From: a virus
Lineage: Duplodnaviria; Caudoviricetes
Virus record (IMG/VR): IMGVR_UViG_3300048591_000242
Location: 32,001 to 96,000 of that record
Strand: one strand, 5' to 3'
DNA: 64,000 bases
This document shows positions 11,169 to 20,464 of the stretch, piece by piece. The notes under the pieces are model-generated. The model saw nothing but the letters and a program-made list of their open reading frames with translations. It did no database searches and had not been told where the DNA came from. Position 1 is the first letter of the stretch, and each line of letters starts with the position of its first letter. A program made the position numbers and the translations under genes.

Positions 11169-11932
11169 TTTAATACCCTTAATAATTAGATTGTTAATTT
11201 AGTGACATTAGTACATTACTAATATATAAAAACTACTGTTGCGTTATTCCGTAGAATTCTGCTCTTATGTCGTATGCTACAAGCTCGCTATAAGTTAACG
11301 ACAAAACTGTATCCTCTACTGCAGACCTAGCTAAGAAACCACTATTTAAATAATCTACAATAGCTCCAAAAACACCTAAAACATCATTTATCGAATTCAA
11401 AGGTATAGTAGCTACCTTTAACTCTTTAACGTTTACATCACCTAATCGACTTACACCTGGATTAGCTATTTCCTTACCTCTCCACTTGGTAGAAGTAATA
11501 GCTCCTGAAGTAAATAAGTCTAAAGTGGCCTTGGCATTAATTCTGGCTTCGATATCTGCCCTAATTAATATACCGTTGTATTCAAACAACTCGGTCTCGT
11601 AGTGGTTATGGATATTAGATAATGTCTCTAGAGATTCGGTGACTAACTCCTCTAGAGACATATTGACTACCGACCATGTATATTTAACATGTGTAGCGGT
11701 TACTTCCCTTATTGGATCTGTGTGTTTCTGTCCTACTAGTAAACCCGGTTTTATTTCTAGTACTGGCTTTATGGCAAATGTAGAAATTACCACTACAGTA
11801 ATAAGTGTATTGGGTACCCTAGAGACATCACAACCATTGGACGCTAATAGATCCCTAACCACTCGCGGGTCGTATGCTACCGGACCCATTACTTTATTAC
11901 CATTACGGAATATTTCACATTTCATTTTAATA
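11125..11932. repeat. Identical 51-bp direct repeat pair (11125-11175 and 11882-11932) over the start of the two DUF4376-like genes
   Basis: GGACCCATTACTTTATTACCATTACGGAATATTTCACATTTCATTTTAATA occurs at both sites. Confidence 0.9.
11233..11925 (-). CDS. DUF4376-like tail-fibre-associated/chaperone protein (230 aa)
   Basis: Paralogue of 10482-11168 (shared MKCEIFRNGNKVMGPV and DIEAR.NAKATLDLF.SGA). Confidence 0.55.
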   Translation of the reverse strand: MKCEIFRNGNKVMGPVAYDPRVVRDLLASNGCDVSRVPNTLITVVVISTFAIKPVLEIKPGLLVGQKHTDPIREVTATHVKYTWSVVNMSLEELVTESLETLSNIHNHYETELFEYNGILIRADIEARINAKATLDLFTSGAITSTKWRGKEIANPGVSRLGDVNVKELKVATIPLNSINDVLGVFGAIVDYLNSGFLARSAVEDTVLSLTYSELVAYDIRAEFYGITQQ

Positions 11933-11959
11933 TGACCCCATTACCCGCTCTACACGTCG

Positions 11960-13642
11960 CTATCCACCATACAAATATATCGACCCTGAATTAATAAGAG
12001 TGGGGTCTACGCCATATGCACCTACTGCTAATATACCTAAATCCGAAAACGCCACACTAGTACCGAAATAATCATTAGCTAAGCCATTGGGAGAAGTGTG
12101 TTTATAATACTCAACCCAGGCATTATCTACCAGGGCATATACAAATACTGCGCCATTATCTCTAGAGGCGCTATCGTCTCCGTATGAACCTACAGCTAGT
12201 AGATTACCGTCATGTGCCATAGATACGGAATACCCATAGGCACAGCCACTAGTATTGCTATTAGAGAATAGCTTAACATCTAAAAGCCAATTAGTGTTTT
12301 CATAGTGATAAACATATACTGCACCAGTGTCTTTTTTAGTACTAGAGTTTTTATAAGAACCTATAGCTAGTCTAGTGCCGTCTCCAGATAATGAAACACT
12401 AACTCCATAATGATCATTTCTCTTACCGTCTAAAGGACTAAGTAATATGCCATCCCAGCTAGTGCCATTATAGCTAAATACAAAACAGCCCCCGGATAAG
12501 GTGTTAGATCCATTCTGTTTACTCCAAGTAGAACCTATAGCCACCACCAATCCATCATCGGAGACAGATATAGAGTTACCAAAGCTTTCATTATTTAATG
12601 GTACAACAGGCGTCAGTGTAGCTGAGTTAACATAACTACTACCATTTCTTTTATACACGGTAACTAACCCAGAGCTCACTCCAGATACTAATCCTAATCT
12701 TGAAGAAGTTAAAATGGTGTTACCGGTAAAATCAGCAGCCACTGAGTATCCGAACTCCACATTGGAGGCGGATATTCGTGTATCTATATGATTCCAGCTC
12801 CCTTGAGAGTACTCGTATACATACAGACCACACTCAGTATCACCTACTGCGCCTACTGCAATAATACTACCGTTTCCAGATATAGCTACAGCAAATCCAA
12901 ATCGCTTATTAGCACCAGGGCTATTACCGTATAACGTTGTGTCTAATGCCCAACCAGCAGCATTTCTTTTGTAGATATGTACCTGACCTGAGTTTACCCC
13001 ATGAAAGTCTGCATCGTCTGCCCCTACAACCACCGTAGAGCCATCGTCAGAGATATCTAGGGCGTAACCTATAGTAGAGGTACCCCCTAGAGTATCTGCC
13101 TTCAGAGACTCTATAAGGGCCTCTGGTAGGCCGCTAGCTGAAGAGAAACCCGAGGCAGGACTCCATTCGGATTCATCACCATAATGACTCTTATACCTAA
13201 CTCTTACATATATACCTGAGTTACTAGGCATCTGTGCCATGTAAGTACTTAGATCTATGGTGGTTAAGTCGCCTATCCATCCAGTATCCAAAATAGGAGT
13301 TACAAAGGCTAAATTATCTGCTACTTGCCAACGACTACTTAAATGTATTACCCCATCTATCCTACCGTCCGTATACATAAACGAGGTAGAGGTAACTATA
13401 GGTACTGCCTCTATATTAAAGGCTCCGTCTATGGGAAATAGAATGGATGGGGTATGTACCTGTGACGCTATAGGTTTAGCAACCGGTATACCGCCTACAG
13501 TAGTGCCGTCCGATATACGCATAATGGGCTTAGGACCACGCATGTCCAGTATAGGTTCTCCTACAGCCCCTACGTAATCCTCTATTGCATTACTGTTAAA
13601 TCTCTTCCACAGCCACGGCATTTTTAATCTAAACACACCCAT
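11960..13642 (-). CDS. Putative fibre/adhesin: anchor + Fn3-like + FG-GAP beta-propeller (560 aa)
   Basis: WLWKRFNSNAIEDYVG...RISDGTTVGG; SRWQVAD Fn3-like module; FG-GAP blades. Confidence 0.75.
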   Translation of the reverse strand: MGVFRLKMPWLWKRFNSNAIEDYVGAVGEPILDMRGPKPIMRISDGTTVGGIPVAKPIASQVHTPSILFPIDGAFNIEAVPIVTSTSFMYTDGRIDGVIHLSSRWQVADNLAFVTPILDTGWIGDLTTIDLSTYMAQMPSNSGIYVRVRYKSHYGDESEWSPASGFSSASGLPEALIESLKADTLGGTSTIGYALDISDDGSTVVVGADDADFHGVNSGQVHIYKRNAAGWALDTTLYGNSPGANKRFGFAVAISGNGSIIAVGAVGDTECGLYVYEYSQGSWNHIDTRISASNVEFGYSVAADFTGNTILTSSRLGLVSGVSSGLVTVYKRNGSSYVNSATLTPVVPLNNESFGNSISVSDDGLVVAIGSTWSKQNGSNTLSGGCFVFSYNGTSWDGILLSPLDGKRNDHYGVSVSLSGDGTRLAIGSYKNSSTKKDTGAVYVYHYENTNWLLDVKLFSNSNTSGCAYGYSVSMAHDGNLLAVGSYGDDSASRDNGAVFVYALVDNAWVEYYKHTSPNGLANDYFGTSVAFSDLGILAVGAYGVDPTLINSGSIYLYGG

Positions 13643-13663
13643 AATACCACCAGTATATAAAGG

Positions 13664-15340
13664 TTAACCAAATAAATGAGCAGAACCAGAGTTAGCTCCA
13701 TAGGTAGAATTACCAGGGGCACCCGCTATTACCTTAGCTCCGTTATCGGAACAAGCTACTACCCTACCTAACATGTAACCTGAACTATTACCTACTAAAG
13801 ATATCTTACTCTGCTCTATCCACCCTGACTGAGTTTCCATAAATACATAGACTGCTCCACTGCCGTCAGCAGACTGACTGCCCACGAACAACAAACTACC
13901 GTCTTCCGATAAAGCCACATTGGTACCAAATTCAAAATAGTAACTATTGTCAGAAGCAGTAAGTTTCTGTATCTGCATCCAGGTACCATTTATCTTTCTA
14001 AAGATGTATACGCCACCAGAATCCAATGCACTGCTGTCTGCGTAATTAGCCCCTATGGCTATAGTAGAGCCGTCTCTGGATATGTTTACACCTATACCAA
14101 AGGTAGAGTAGCTACTATAATCAATGGCCGTTAGTTTTTGTAGATATACCCAGTTATTACCATTATGCTCAAATACATAAGCAGAACCTGCATTAAACTC
14201 CAAACTATTATCTAAGTGAGAGCTTACTACTATAGTAGAACCGCTATCGTCTATAGATACCTCGTCTCCAAATCTATAACCGGCTGCGCCATCTGGTGCA
14301 CTGAGTATAGCTACTTGGGTGAATACGTTATTTACATAGTCATATACATAAGCCCGGCCTACATCAACTTCGGTAGCAGTATCTTTCCAACCTGCTCCTA
14401 TGACTAACGTATTACCGGAATTACCTAAGTATACACCTACACCAAAATAATCATAATTTAACATACCGGAAACAGAGATAACCTGCTTCTCTACCCAAGA
14501 ACCTAATTCTAGATCGTAAATGTATACAACCCCATCTCCTATAGCACTAGAATCTACCAGAGGAGCCCCTATGGCTAATCTAGTGCCATTTCTGGACAAA
14601 GCTATCGAGTATCCAAAGTAGCTACCGTCTACTATACCTACCGGCTGGATCATACTGCTGTTAGACCACACTCCATTGTCATTGGTATATACGTAAACTA
14701 CCCCTAAACCGCCATAGCCGCCCACAGCAACTGTATTACCATCGCCACTTATAGCTACTGCTCTACCAAAATAATCACCACTGGTAGGTGAGTTCTTAGT
14801 AAAGGTATTGGTAAGTACAGAAGGTATAGCACGTATAGTTCTAAAGCTTACCGGTACAGACCAGTCAGAAGCATCTGCGGTATTAGCTACATACCTAACT
14901 CTAGCATAGTAGACAGTATCTCCATTTAACACTAGTCCTATACTTAATAAATCTATACTTAATAGATTTACTGTGTCTGCTCCACTGGAGTAAAGTATAT
15001 ATTTAAAGTCTATGTCTGTAGCTAGCTCCCAAACAGACGCGTAATGAGTAGTAGCGTTGCCTTTGTTATTACCTACAAAGACACTACTTTGAATTACTGG
15101 AGTAATGGAAATATTAATAGCTCCTTGTGCAGGTGAGATTATTTCCGGAGTAAGTACTTTACCCACTCTACCTTCACTAATGATTCTGCCGCCTGGCTTA
15201 ACACCATTCATGAGGCGAATGTAGGGCTTCCCTTCCCTAAAATCAATAACGGACTCAGCAAAATCACCGGTATCCGTGTTTTCTTGTGCTGGATCAAATA
15301 TTCTCCAAGTAACAGGATTGGTAATATACTTAGTACCCAT
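13664..15340 (-). CDS. Putative fibre/adhesin: anchor + Fn3-like + FG-GAP beta-propeller (558 aa)
   Basis: More divergent anchor (RLMNGVKPGG), Fn3-like module, FG-GAP blades. Confidence 0.75.
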   Translation of the reverse strand: MGTKYITNPVTWRIFDPAQENTDTGDFAESVIDFREGKPYIRLMNGVKPGGRIISEGRVGKVLTPEIISPAQGAINISITPVIQSSVFVGNNKGNATTHYASVWELATDIDFKYILYSSGADTVNLLSIDLLSIGLVLNGDTVYYARVRYVANTADASDWSVPVSFRTIRAIPSVLTNTFTKNSPTSGDYFGRAVAISGDGNTVAVGGYGGLGVVYVYTNDNGVWSNSSMIQPVGIVDGSYFGYSIALSRNGTRLAIGAPLVDSSAIGDGVVYIYDLELGSWVEKQVISVSGMLNYDYFGVGVYLGNSGNTLVIGAGWKDTATEVDVGRAYVYDYVNNVFTQVAILSAPDGAAGYRFGDEVSIDDSGSTIVVSSHLDNSLEFNAGSAYVFEHNGNNWVYLQKLTAIDYSSYSTFGIGVNISRDGSTIAIGANYADSSALDSGGVYIFRKINGTWMQIQKLTASDNSYYFEFGTNVALSEDGSLLFVGSQSADGSGAVYVFMETQSGWIEQSKISLVGNSSGYMLGRVVACSDNGAKVIAGAPGNSTYGANSGSAHLFG

Positions 15341-15362
15341 TGCAGATTTCCTTTATTAGAAA

Positions 15363-17048
15363 TTATTCAAAAATATAAGCAGAACCTGAGGATAGACCAG
15401 CATCATCGTCTGCTTGCGCACCGGCTATCAGCAGAGATGCATCGCTCGCTATAGAAACAGAACCACCAAATTGATCTTGCTCAAAAATATCAGTAGAAAC
15501 TATTCTGGTTTGTACCCAGTTACCACCTGTATATACAAACAAGTAAACTGCTCCAGAGTTTGTACCATTACCGCCATTAGATAAAGAGCCTATGGCTAGG
15601 GTGTTGCCGTCTGCCGATATAGATATACTTCTACCGAACTGATCTCCAGCCGCATGGTCGTTAGGCATCAACTTAGTTTCATCCCAAGTAGTACCATTCC
15701 AGTCGTATATGTAAACGGCCCCTGAATTAGCTCCAACCGGATCTGCTGCATAGGCACCCACTGCGATTCTGGTACCATCAGCATTGACGGCTAACGCGTG
15801 TCCGAATTGATCGTTGGCTAAACCATCAGATGGATCTATGCGTGTAACTGGCCATCCACTACCATTCCACTTCATTACATAAATAAAACCAGCCTCATGG
15901 CCGGTAGCACTAGATACAACAGTATCGCCATCCTCAGAAACAACTGAGGCCCTACCTAGCGACCAATTATATCCTGGATATGTACCATGTACACCAGGTA
16001 TCACTATATCAGTTCTGGCCCACCCAGTACCATTCCAGCGGTAAATACGACACTTACCCATGCGATAGTTGAATCCGGCGACAGAATAATCATATCCTGG
16101 GTCGCCCACTACCCGTACCTCTCCGTTGCCTGATAAAGCCACAGACGATCCAAGGCTAGTGAACGGAGTTTCACCGGTAGTTAAGAACAATTCTTCTACC
16201 CAACTACTACCATTCCAAGTAAATACATATACTCTACGATTGTACTGATTAGCACCAAACTGACCAGGTGCACCTATGATTATCTTGTTGCCATCGGATG
16301 AAACATCTATAGCTTTACCGAATTGAGATTGGTTAGATCGTGATGCTGGTCTAAGAATGGTTTCTACCCAACTACTGCCATTCCATTTATAAATGTACGC
16401 TGTGCCTGCACTGCTGTTTTCGTTGTAGGCACCAACCACTACCGTACTTTTGTCATCCGATATTACTACAACGTTACCGTATACATCAGAGGCGGCTCCA
16501 TCAGAAGCAGTCAACTTAAATAACTGAGTATCTGGTAAAACTATACCGGTGGTAAAACTCACTACTGGACTCCATTCGGACTCTAGGTCATCTATGGAGT
16601 AGTGTTTTACTCTAACAAAATGCTCAATGGCTTCAACTAGTACCTGTGGTACTGTACTTAAGTCAATAGACTCTTTGTTAGTAGTAGCTTCTCCTGAGTC
16701 ATAAACCAGAGTAGTGAACAATGCATCTGTAGCTATTTGCCATCTAGTAGCTACGTGCCGGTTATTGGTAATGTTAGTGGCCGCATAAGGACTACCGGTA
16801 ATTACTGGAGAAGCACTAATACCTACGCTATCATCCAAAGGGGATACGATAGTAGGTGTATCTATAGCGGTTAAAACATCACCACCTAATGGTTTGCCAC
16901 CAGGGGTAGCCCCATCCATAATACGTACTTTTACCTTACCGTTTTTAGTATACAGTACAGGCTCACGAGGATCACCTAATTCAGAAAACATACTGTCGTC
17001 GTTAAAAGCTCTAAGACTAACAGGGCTAGTTATTTGCTTAACAGTCAT
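15363..17048 (-). CDS. Putative fibre/adhesin: anchor + Fn3-like + FG-GAP beta-propeller (561 aa)
   Basis: RIMDGATPGG anchor, TRWQIATD Fn3-like module, FG-GAP blades. Confidence 0.75.
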   Translation of the reverse strand: MTVKQITSPVSLRAFNDDSMFSELGDPREPVLYTKNGKVKVRIMDGATPGGKPLGGDVLTAIDTPTIVSPLDDSVGISASPVITGSPYAATNITNNRHVATRWQIATDALFTTLVYDSGEATTNKESIDLSTVPQVLVEAIEHFVRVKHYSIDDLESEWSPVVSFTTGIVLPDTQLFKLTASDGAASDVYGNVVVISDDKSTVVVGAYNENSSAGTAYIYKWNGSSWVETILRPASRSNQSQFGKAIDVSSDGNKIIIGAPGQFGANQYNRRVYVFTWNGSSWVEELFLTTGETPFTSLGSSVALSGNGEVRVVGDPGYDYSVAGFNYRMGKCRIYRWNGTGWARTDIVIPGVHGTYPGYNWSLGRASVVSEDGDTVVSSATGHEAGFIYVMKWNGSGWPVTRIDPSDGLANDQFGHALAVNADGTRIAVGAYAADPVGANSGAVYIYDWNGTTWDETKLMPNDHAAGDQFGRSISISADGNTLAIGSLSNGGNGTNSGAVYLFVYTGGNWVQTRIVSTDIFEQDQFGGSVSIASDASLLIAGAQADDDAGLSSGSAYIFE

Positions 17049-17068
17049 TTGCGTTTACCTTTTGTAAA

Positions 17069-18733
17069 TTATGAAAAAATGTAAGGAGTATATCCATCTA
17101 ACGTAAGTGTGTTAGATAACAACGTGCTTCCATCTGAAGATAGCTGCATAGCTATGCCAAATCTATCTTCCTGTGTGTTCCCTATAATGGATAGTCTGGA
17201 ATCCTCAGCCCACTGACCAGTCTCAGTGCTAAATAACTGTACCTCCTGAGCCTGCCTTATACCGGCTATAGATTCCCCTAAATCAGTAGCTATGGCTATT
17301 AAAGTACCGCCACTATTAATACTGAGTCTGTAACCGAAACCAGCACTTGCGTATGGAGTGGTGGAAATTATCTGTCTCGTGACTGGCCATGTATTACCGT
17401 CACGGGTATGTATGTAAACAGTACCTGCGCTAGTTACAGTAACGTATGTATCATGGGCGCCAATTGCCAGTACATTACCGTCAGCAGACAAATCTACGGC
17501 TCTACCGAAACGTACGCCAGCAGTGGCCCCAGACAACATTTGTCGCTGTACCCAACCTGCGCCTCCTGAGGTATAAACATATACTGCCCCAGCAAACGAG
17601 GCTCTCTGATGTGCCCCTACAGCTACTACATTTCCGTCTTCAGACAAAGCTATAGTTCCACCGGCATATCCAGAACCCTGCGGTGTGTCCGCTGGAATGA
17701 CTCTACTAGTCTCAACCCAAGTACCACCCACAAAACGATACAGATATACAGATCCACAAGTTAATCCATTGTAGACTGCACTAGGGGCACCCGCCGCTAA
17801 TACGCTTCCATCCTTGGATACTGCTACTACATAACCAAATGCCTTATACTCACCGCCGTCTGTATTAGTCAATATCTGACTTTCTATGTAGTCACCACTA
17901 CCGTCTAGGTTAAATACAAAAGCCACTCCCTGTGCATTAGAGCTATCTCCTACTACTAAAACATTACCACTCTCACTTAAAGCTACCGATATACCGAAGT
18001 TATCACTAGCCGTGACAACAGAAGGTAAAACCTTCTGGTTATACATCCAGGTATTCCCTACCTTCTTAAAGATATATACGCCACTCTCTGCAGTGCCGCC
18101 TATGCGTGTGGCACCTATGGCAGCTATAGTACCATTTCCGTTTATAGCCACACTTCTACCGTAGTTTAAATCTGTTAAATCCACACCCGGCAACAGACTA
18201 GTAATTTGTGTATCCGGTATAGCTGCCCTGGTTACAAAGCTAATTATGTTACTCCATTCAGAAACGGTTTCTGAAGAAGAGGTATGTAATACTCTAGTGT
18301 AGTATCTGGTACTAGGTAACAGCGATAGCGGTATAGTACTTAGATCTAAATTAGTTAGATTGTTTACATCGTTACCACTATCATAAACTGGACTAGAAAA
18401 CAGCGGACTAGTATCTATTTGCCATCTACTAGAGGCATGTACTATGTTGTTACTATCGGTAGAGTTATATGCGCTAGAAGAAATAACTGGAGACAGATCT
18501 ATACCAAGACTATCGTTTAACGGAGAGGTAATACTTGGCTTCTTTACTGATAATAACAAACCACCACCGATAGGTAAACCACCGGGTGTTACTCCGTCAC
18601 TTATACGCAATCTAAGGCCACCGCCCCTGGCATCTATAATAGGTTCTCTGGCAATGCCAACTACAGAGAATAGACTGTCGGTGTCATCAAACGACTGCCA
18701 CAAGACAGGTTCTGGTATATATCTGGTATTCAT
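17069..18733 (-). CDS. Putative fibre/adhesin: anchor + Fn3-like + FG-GAP beta-propeller (554 aa)
   Basis: RISDGVTPGG anchor, SRWQIDT Fn3-like module, FG-GAP blades. Confidence 0.75.
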   Translation of the reverse strand: MNTRYIPEPVLWQSFDDTDSLFSVVGIAREPIIDARGGGLRLRISDGVTPGGLPIGGGLLLSVKKPSITSPLNDSLGIDLSPVISSSAYNSTDSNNIVHASSRWQIDTSPLFSSPVYDSGNDVNNLTNLDLSTIPLSLLPSTRYYTRVLHTSSSETVSEWSNIISFVTRAAIPDTQITSLLPGVDLTDLNYGRSVAINGNGTIAAIGATRIGGTAESGVYIFKKVGNTWMYNQKVLPSVVTASDNFGISVALSESGNVLVVGDSSNAQGVAFVFNLDGSGDYIESQILTNTDGGEYKAFGYVVAVSKDGSVLAAGAPSAVYNGLTCGSVYLYRFVGGTWVETSRVIPADTPQGSGYAGGTIALSEDGNVVAVGAHQRASFAGAVYVYTSGGAGWVQRQMLSGATAGVRFGRAVDLSADGNVLAIGAHDTYVTVTSAGTVYIHTRDGNTWPVTRQIISTTPYASAGFGYRLSINSGGTLIAIATDLGESIAGIRQAQEVQLFSTETGQWAEDSRLSIIGNTQEDRFGIAMQLSSDGSTLLSNTLTLDGYTPYIFS

Positions 18734-18829
18734 GTTTTAGTATCCCGTATGTAAAAAGCCGAGTGATAGTTTAAAAAAAGTAGGCTATAACCGCATCCTT
18801 TTTAAAAGAATGGGCTATAGCCTAAAACC

Positions 18830-19276
18830 TTAAACTTCACCTAAGTCAATAGTGTCATTTACTGTTAAGTAGTCAGTAGCTGGTAAGCCACCTAATAAAT
18901 CTGCATCTAACCCAGAACCTACACCGTCTACAGTTAACAACTGCGCTAATGTAGCATTTGCGTTATACGCAGTAGCATCTAGCTTGTTGTTAAGTAATGT
19001 AGTGATGTTGGAATCTGCTGCTAACCAAGCATCGTTTACTGCCTGAATAGCTGAAGCCATTTCAGCATCAGTGCTATAGGTAGCGTTCAGGGCATCAATT
19101 AAACCCTTAATTTCTACTACAGCAGCAGCTAAATCTGTAGCCGCTAAACCAGTACCAGTAGGATCAAAGTTACCAGTAGCACCTAACTTACTATCTACCG
19201 TTACCATAATACGATCAAGGGCGTTTTTGATACTAGAGCGTAGAGCTACTACGCTGGTGTCAATCGCTGCACTCAT
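18830..19276 (-). CDS. Small tail-fibre-related protein
   Basis: Contains LLTVDGVGSGLDADLLGG, a common phage fibre motif; start reassigned to ATG 19276 behind a GGAG RBS. Confidence 0.55.
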   Translation of the reverse strand: MSAAIDTSVVALRSSIKNALDRIMVTVDSKLGATGNFDPTGTGLAATDLAAAVVEIKGLIDALNATYSTDAEMASAIQAVNDAWLAADSNITTLLNNKLDATAYNANATLAQLLTVDGVGSGLDADLLGGLPATDYLTVNDTIDLGEV

Positions 19277-19339
19277 TTTACAATACTCCAAAAATTAAAC
19301 AAGTTTATCTATATGATTTTAACCACATAGAGTACTGTT

Positions 19340-19861
19340 TTAGGCTATGTGATACGCATCAAATTCTGCTTTAATGTTATTAAACGCAGTAACTACATCG
19401 GCGTCTGTAATAACATCTAAACCACCGATACGAATAGATTGAGATACTTCTAATGTAGAAGCAGTTACTACTGCCGCAGATAGGTTCTCGGTACCGAAGG
19501 CCACAGCATAACCAGATTCAGCAGTAACCATAGTTACCCGAGTAAACCACTCATCGCCTTCATCTTGTAGGTGTTGAATCTGCGCATCAATGATGTTGTT
19601 GGTATTGTCGTATACAGCAACCATTACCTGACTGGTACCCATACCGTGGTAAATGTTCCATACAGTAGAAGCTACACCCTGAGAGTGAACGTAAGACGAC
19701 TGGGGACGGTTTATCGGAAACCATGTACCAAAGCCGTTCAAATCTGCAAATACCCACAGAATGCCTTCTATAAAGACTATACGCCCTGGGTTAGGATTAT
19801 CTGGAAATTCAGCTATCTCCGGATACTCAATAGCGCTTAAAAATCGTTTTGCTCTAGACAT
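19340..19861 (-). CDS. Putative fibre-associated virion protein (173 aa)
   Basis: Contains a WNIYHGMG..V.VAVYD small beta-domain also seen in the 425-aa and 575-aa neighbours. Confidence 0.5.
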   Translation of the reverse strand: MSRAKRFLSAIEYPEIAEFPDNPNPGRIVFIEGILWVFADLNGFGTWFPINRPQSSYVHSQGVASTVWNIYHGMGTSQVMVAVYDNTNNIIDAQIQHLQDEGDEWFTRVTMVTAESGYAVAFGTENLSAAVVTASTLEVSQSIRIGGLDVITDADVVTAFNNIKAEFDAYHIA

Positions 19862-19918
19862 AACAAATTCCTTAAAAATGTTTTATATAGTTTAGTGTAC
19901 ACTCCACGCCATATATAG

Positions 19919-20137
19919 CTATTCTTCTTTCTTTAGACCCCGTGGTCTAGGTACCCCTACAAAGTAGGCGTTACCTTTAAAAATCTTATCTATACGAGCC
20001 AGTATAACGTACTGTTGACGTATGTGATTGAGCTTCTCTTCTATGGATAAGCCAGGCAGTACAGCATTTAATTTATCTACCTCTACACGACACTGGCTAT
20101 ACCAATCGACTATGTGGTGTGGTTTAGTTTTAGCCAT
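19919..20137 (-). CDS. Hypothetical protein (72 aa)
   Basis: ORF with GAGG RBS before ATG 20137; overlaps the upstream gene's stop. Confidence 0.55.
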   Translation of the reverse strand: MAKTKPHHIVDWYSQCRVEVDKLNAVLPGLSIEEKLNHIRQQYVILARIDKIFKGNAYFVGVPRPRGLKKEE

Positions 20138-20372
20138 TATTAGCAACCTCGTTATCCTTAACAATTATAGTCTCCAGTCTAGCATACAGCATACGTACCC
20201 ATGCAGTATGACTAACAAACCATTGTTTGACATCACTGGAAAGTAAGTCAGCCTCAGTCAAGGTACTGGCTGCCGTTTCTACATGAGACAAGACCCTATC
20301 TATTTCTGCAATTACTTCCCCTACAGTGTGTAGAGTCAGTCTATCTTTGTATTTAAACTCCGGTACTTCCAC
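20130..20372 (-). CDS. Hypothetical protein (80 aa)
   Basis: ORF co-oriented and packed with neighbours; GAGGTG RBS. Confidence 0.55.
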   Translation of the reverse strand: MEVPEFKYKDRLTLHTVGEVIAEIDRVLSHVETAASTLTEADLLSSDVKQWFVSHTAWVRMLYARLETIIVKDNEVANNG

Positions 20373-20404
20373 ATTTCACCTCACCACGACAAGTACACTA
20401 GTGA

Positions 20405-20441
20405 CATAAAGAAAAGACGAGCCCACTAGGGGCCCGTCTTT
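20405..20441 (-). terminator. Intrinsic terminator after the 425-aa fibre gene
   Basis: AAAGACGGGCCC-CTAGT-GGGCTCGTCTTT followed by TCTTT on the minus strand. Confidence 0.65.
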
Positions 20442-20464
20442 CCTATTGTTTTAACTAATTGCTA

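Noticed and set aside
361-18733. Diversity-generating retroelement or invertase shufflon behind the paralogue array
   Set aside because: No reverse transcriptase, TR/VR pair with adenine-specific mismatches, site-specific recombinase or inverted crossover sites seen in the window
113-18740. Numerous plus-strand ORFs of 60-110 aa across the fibre locus
   Set aside because: Antisense shadows of long minus-strand genes with no RBS or family motifs; their repetitiveness mirrors the real proteins' repeats
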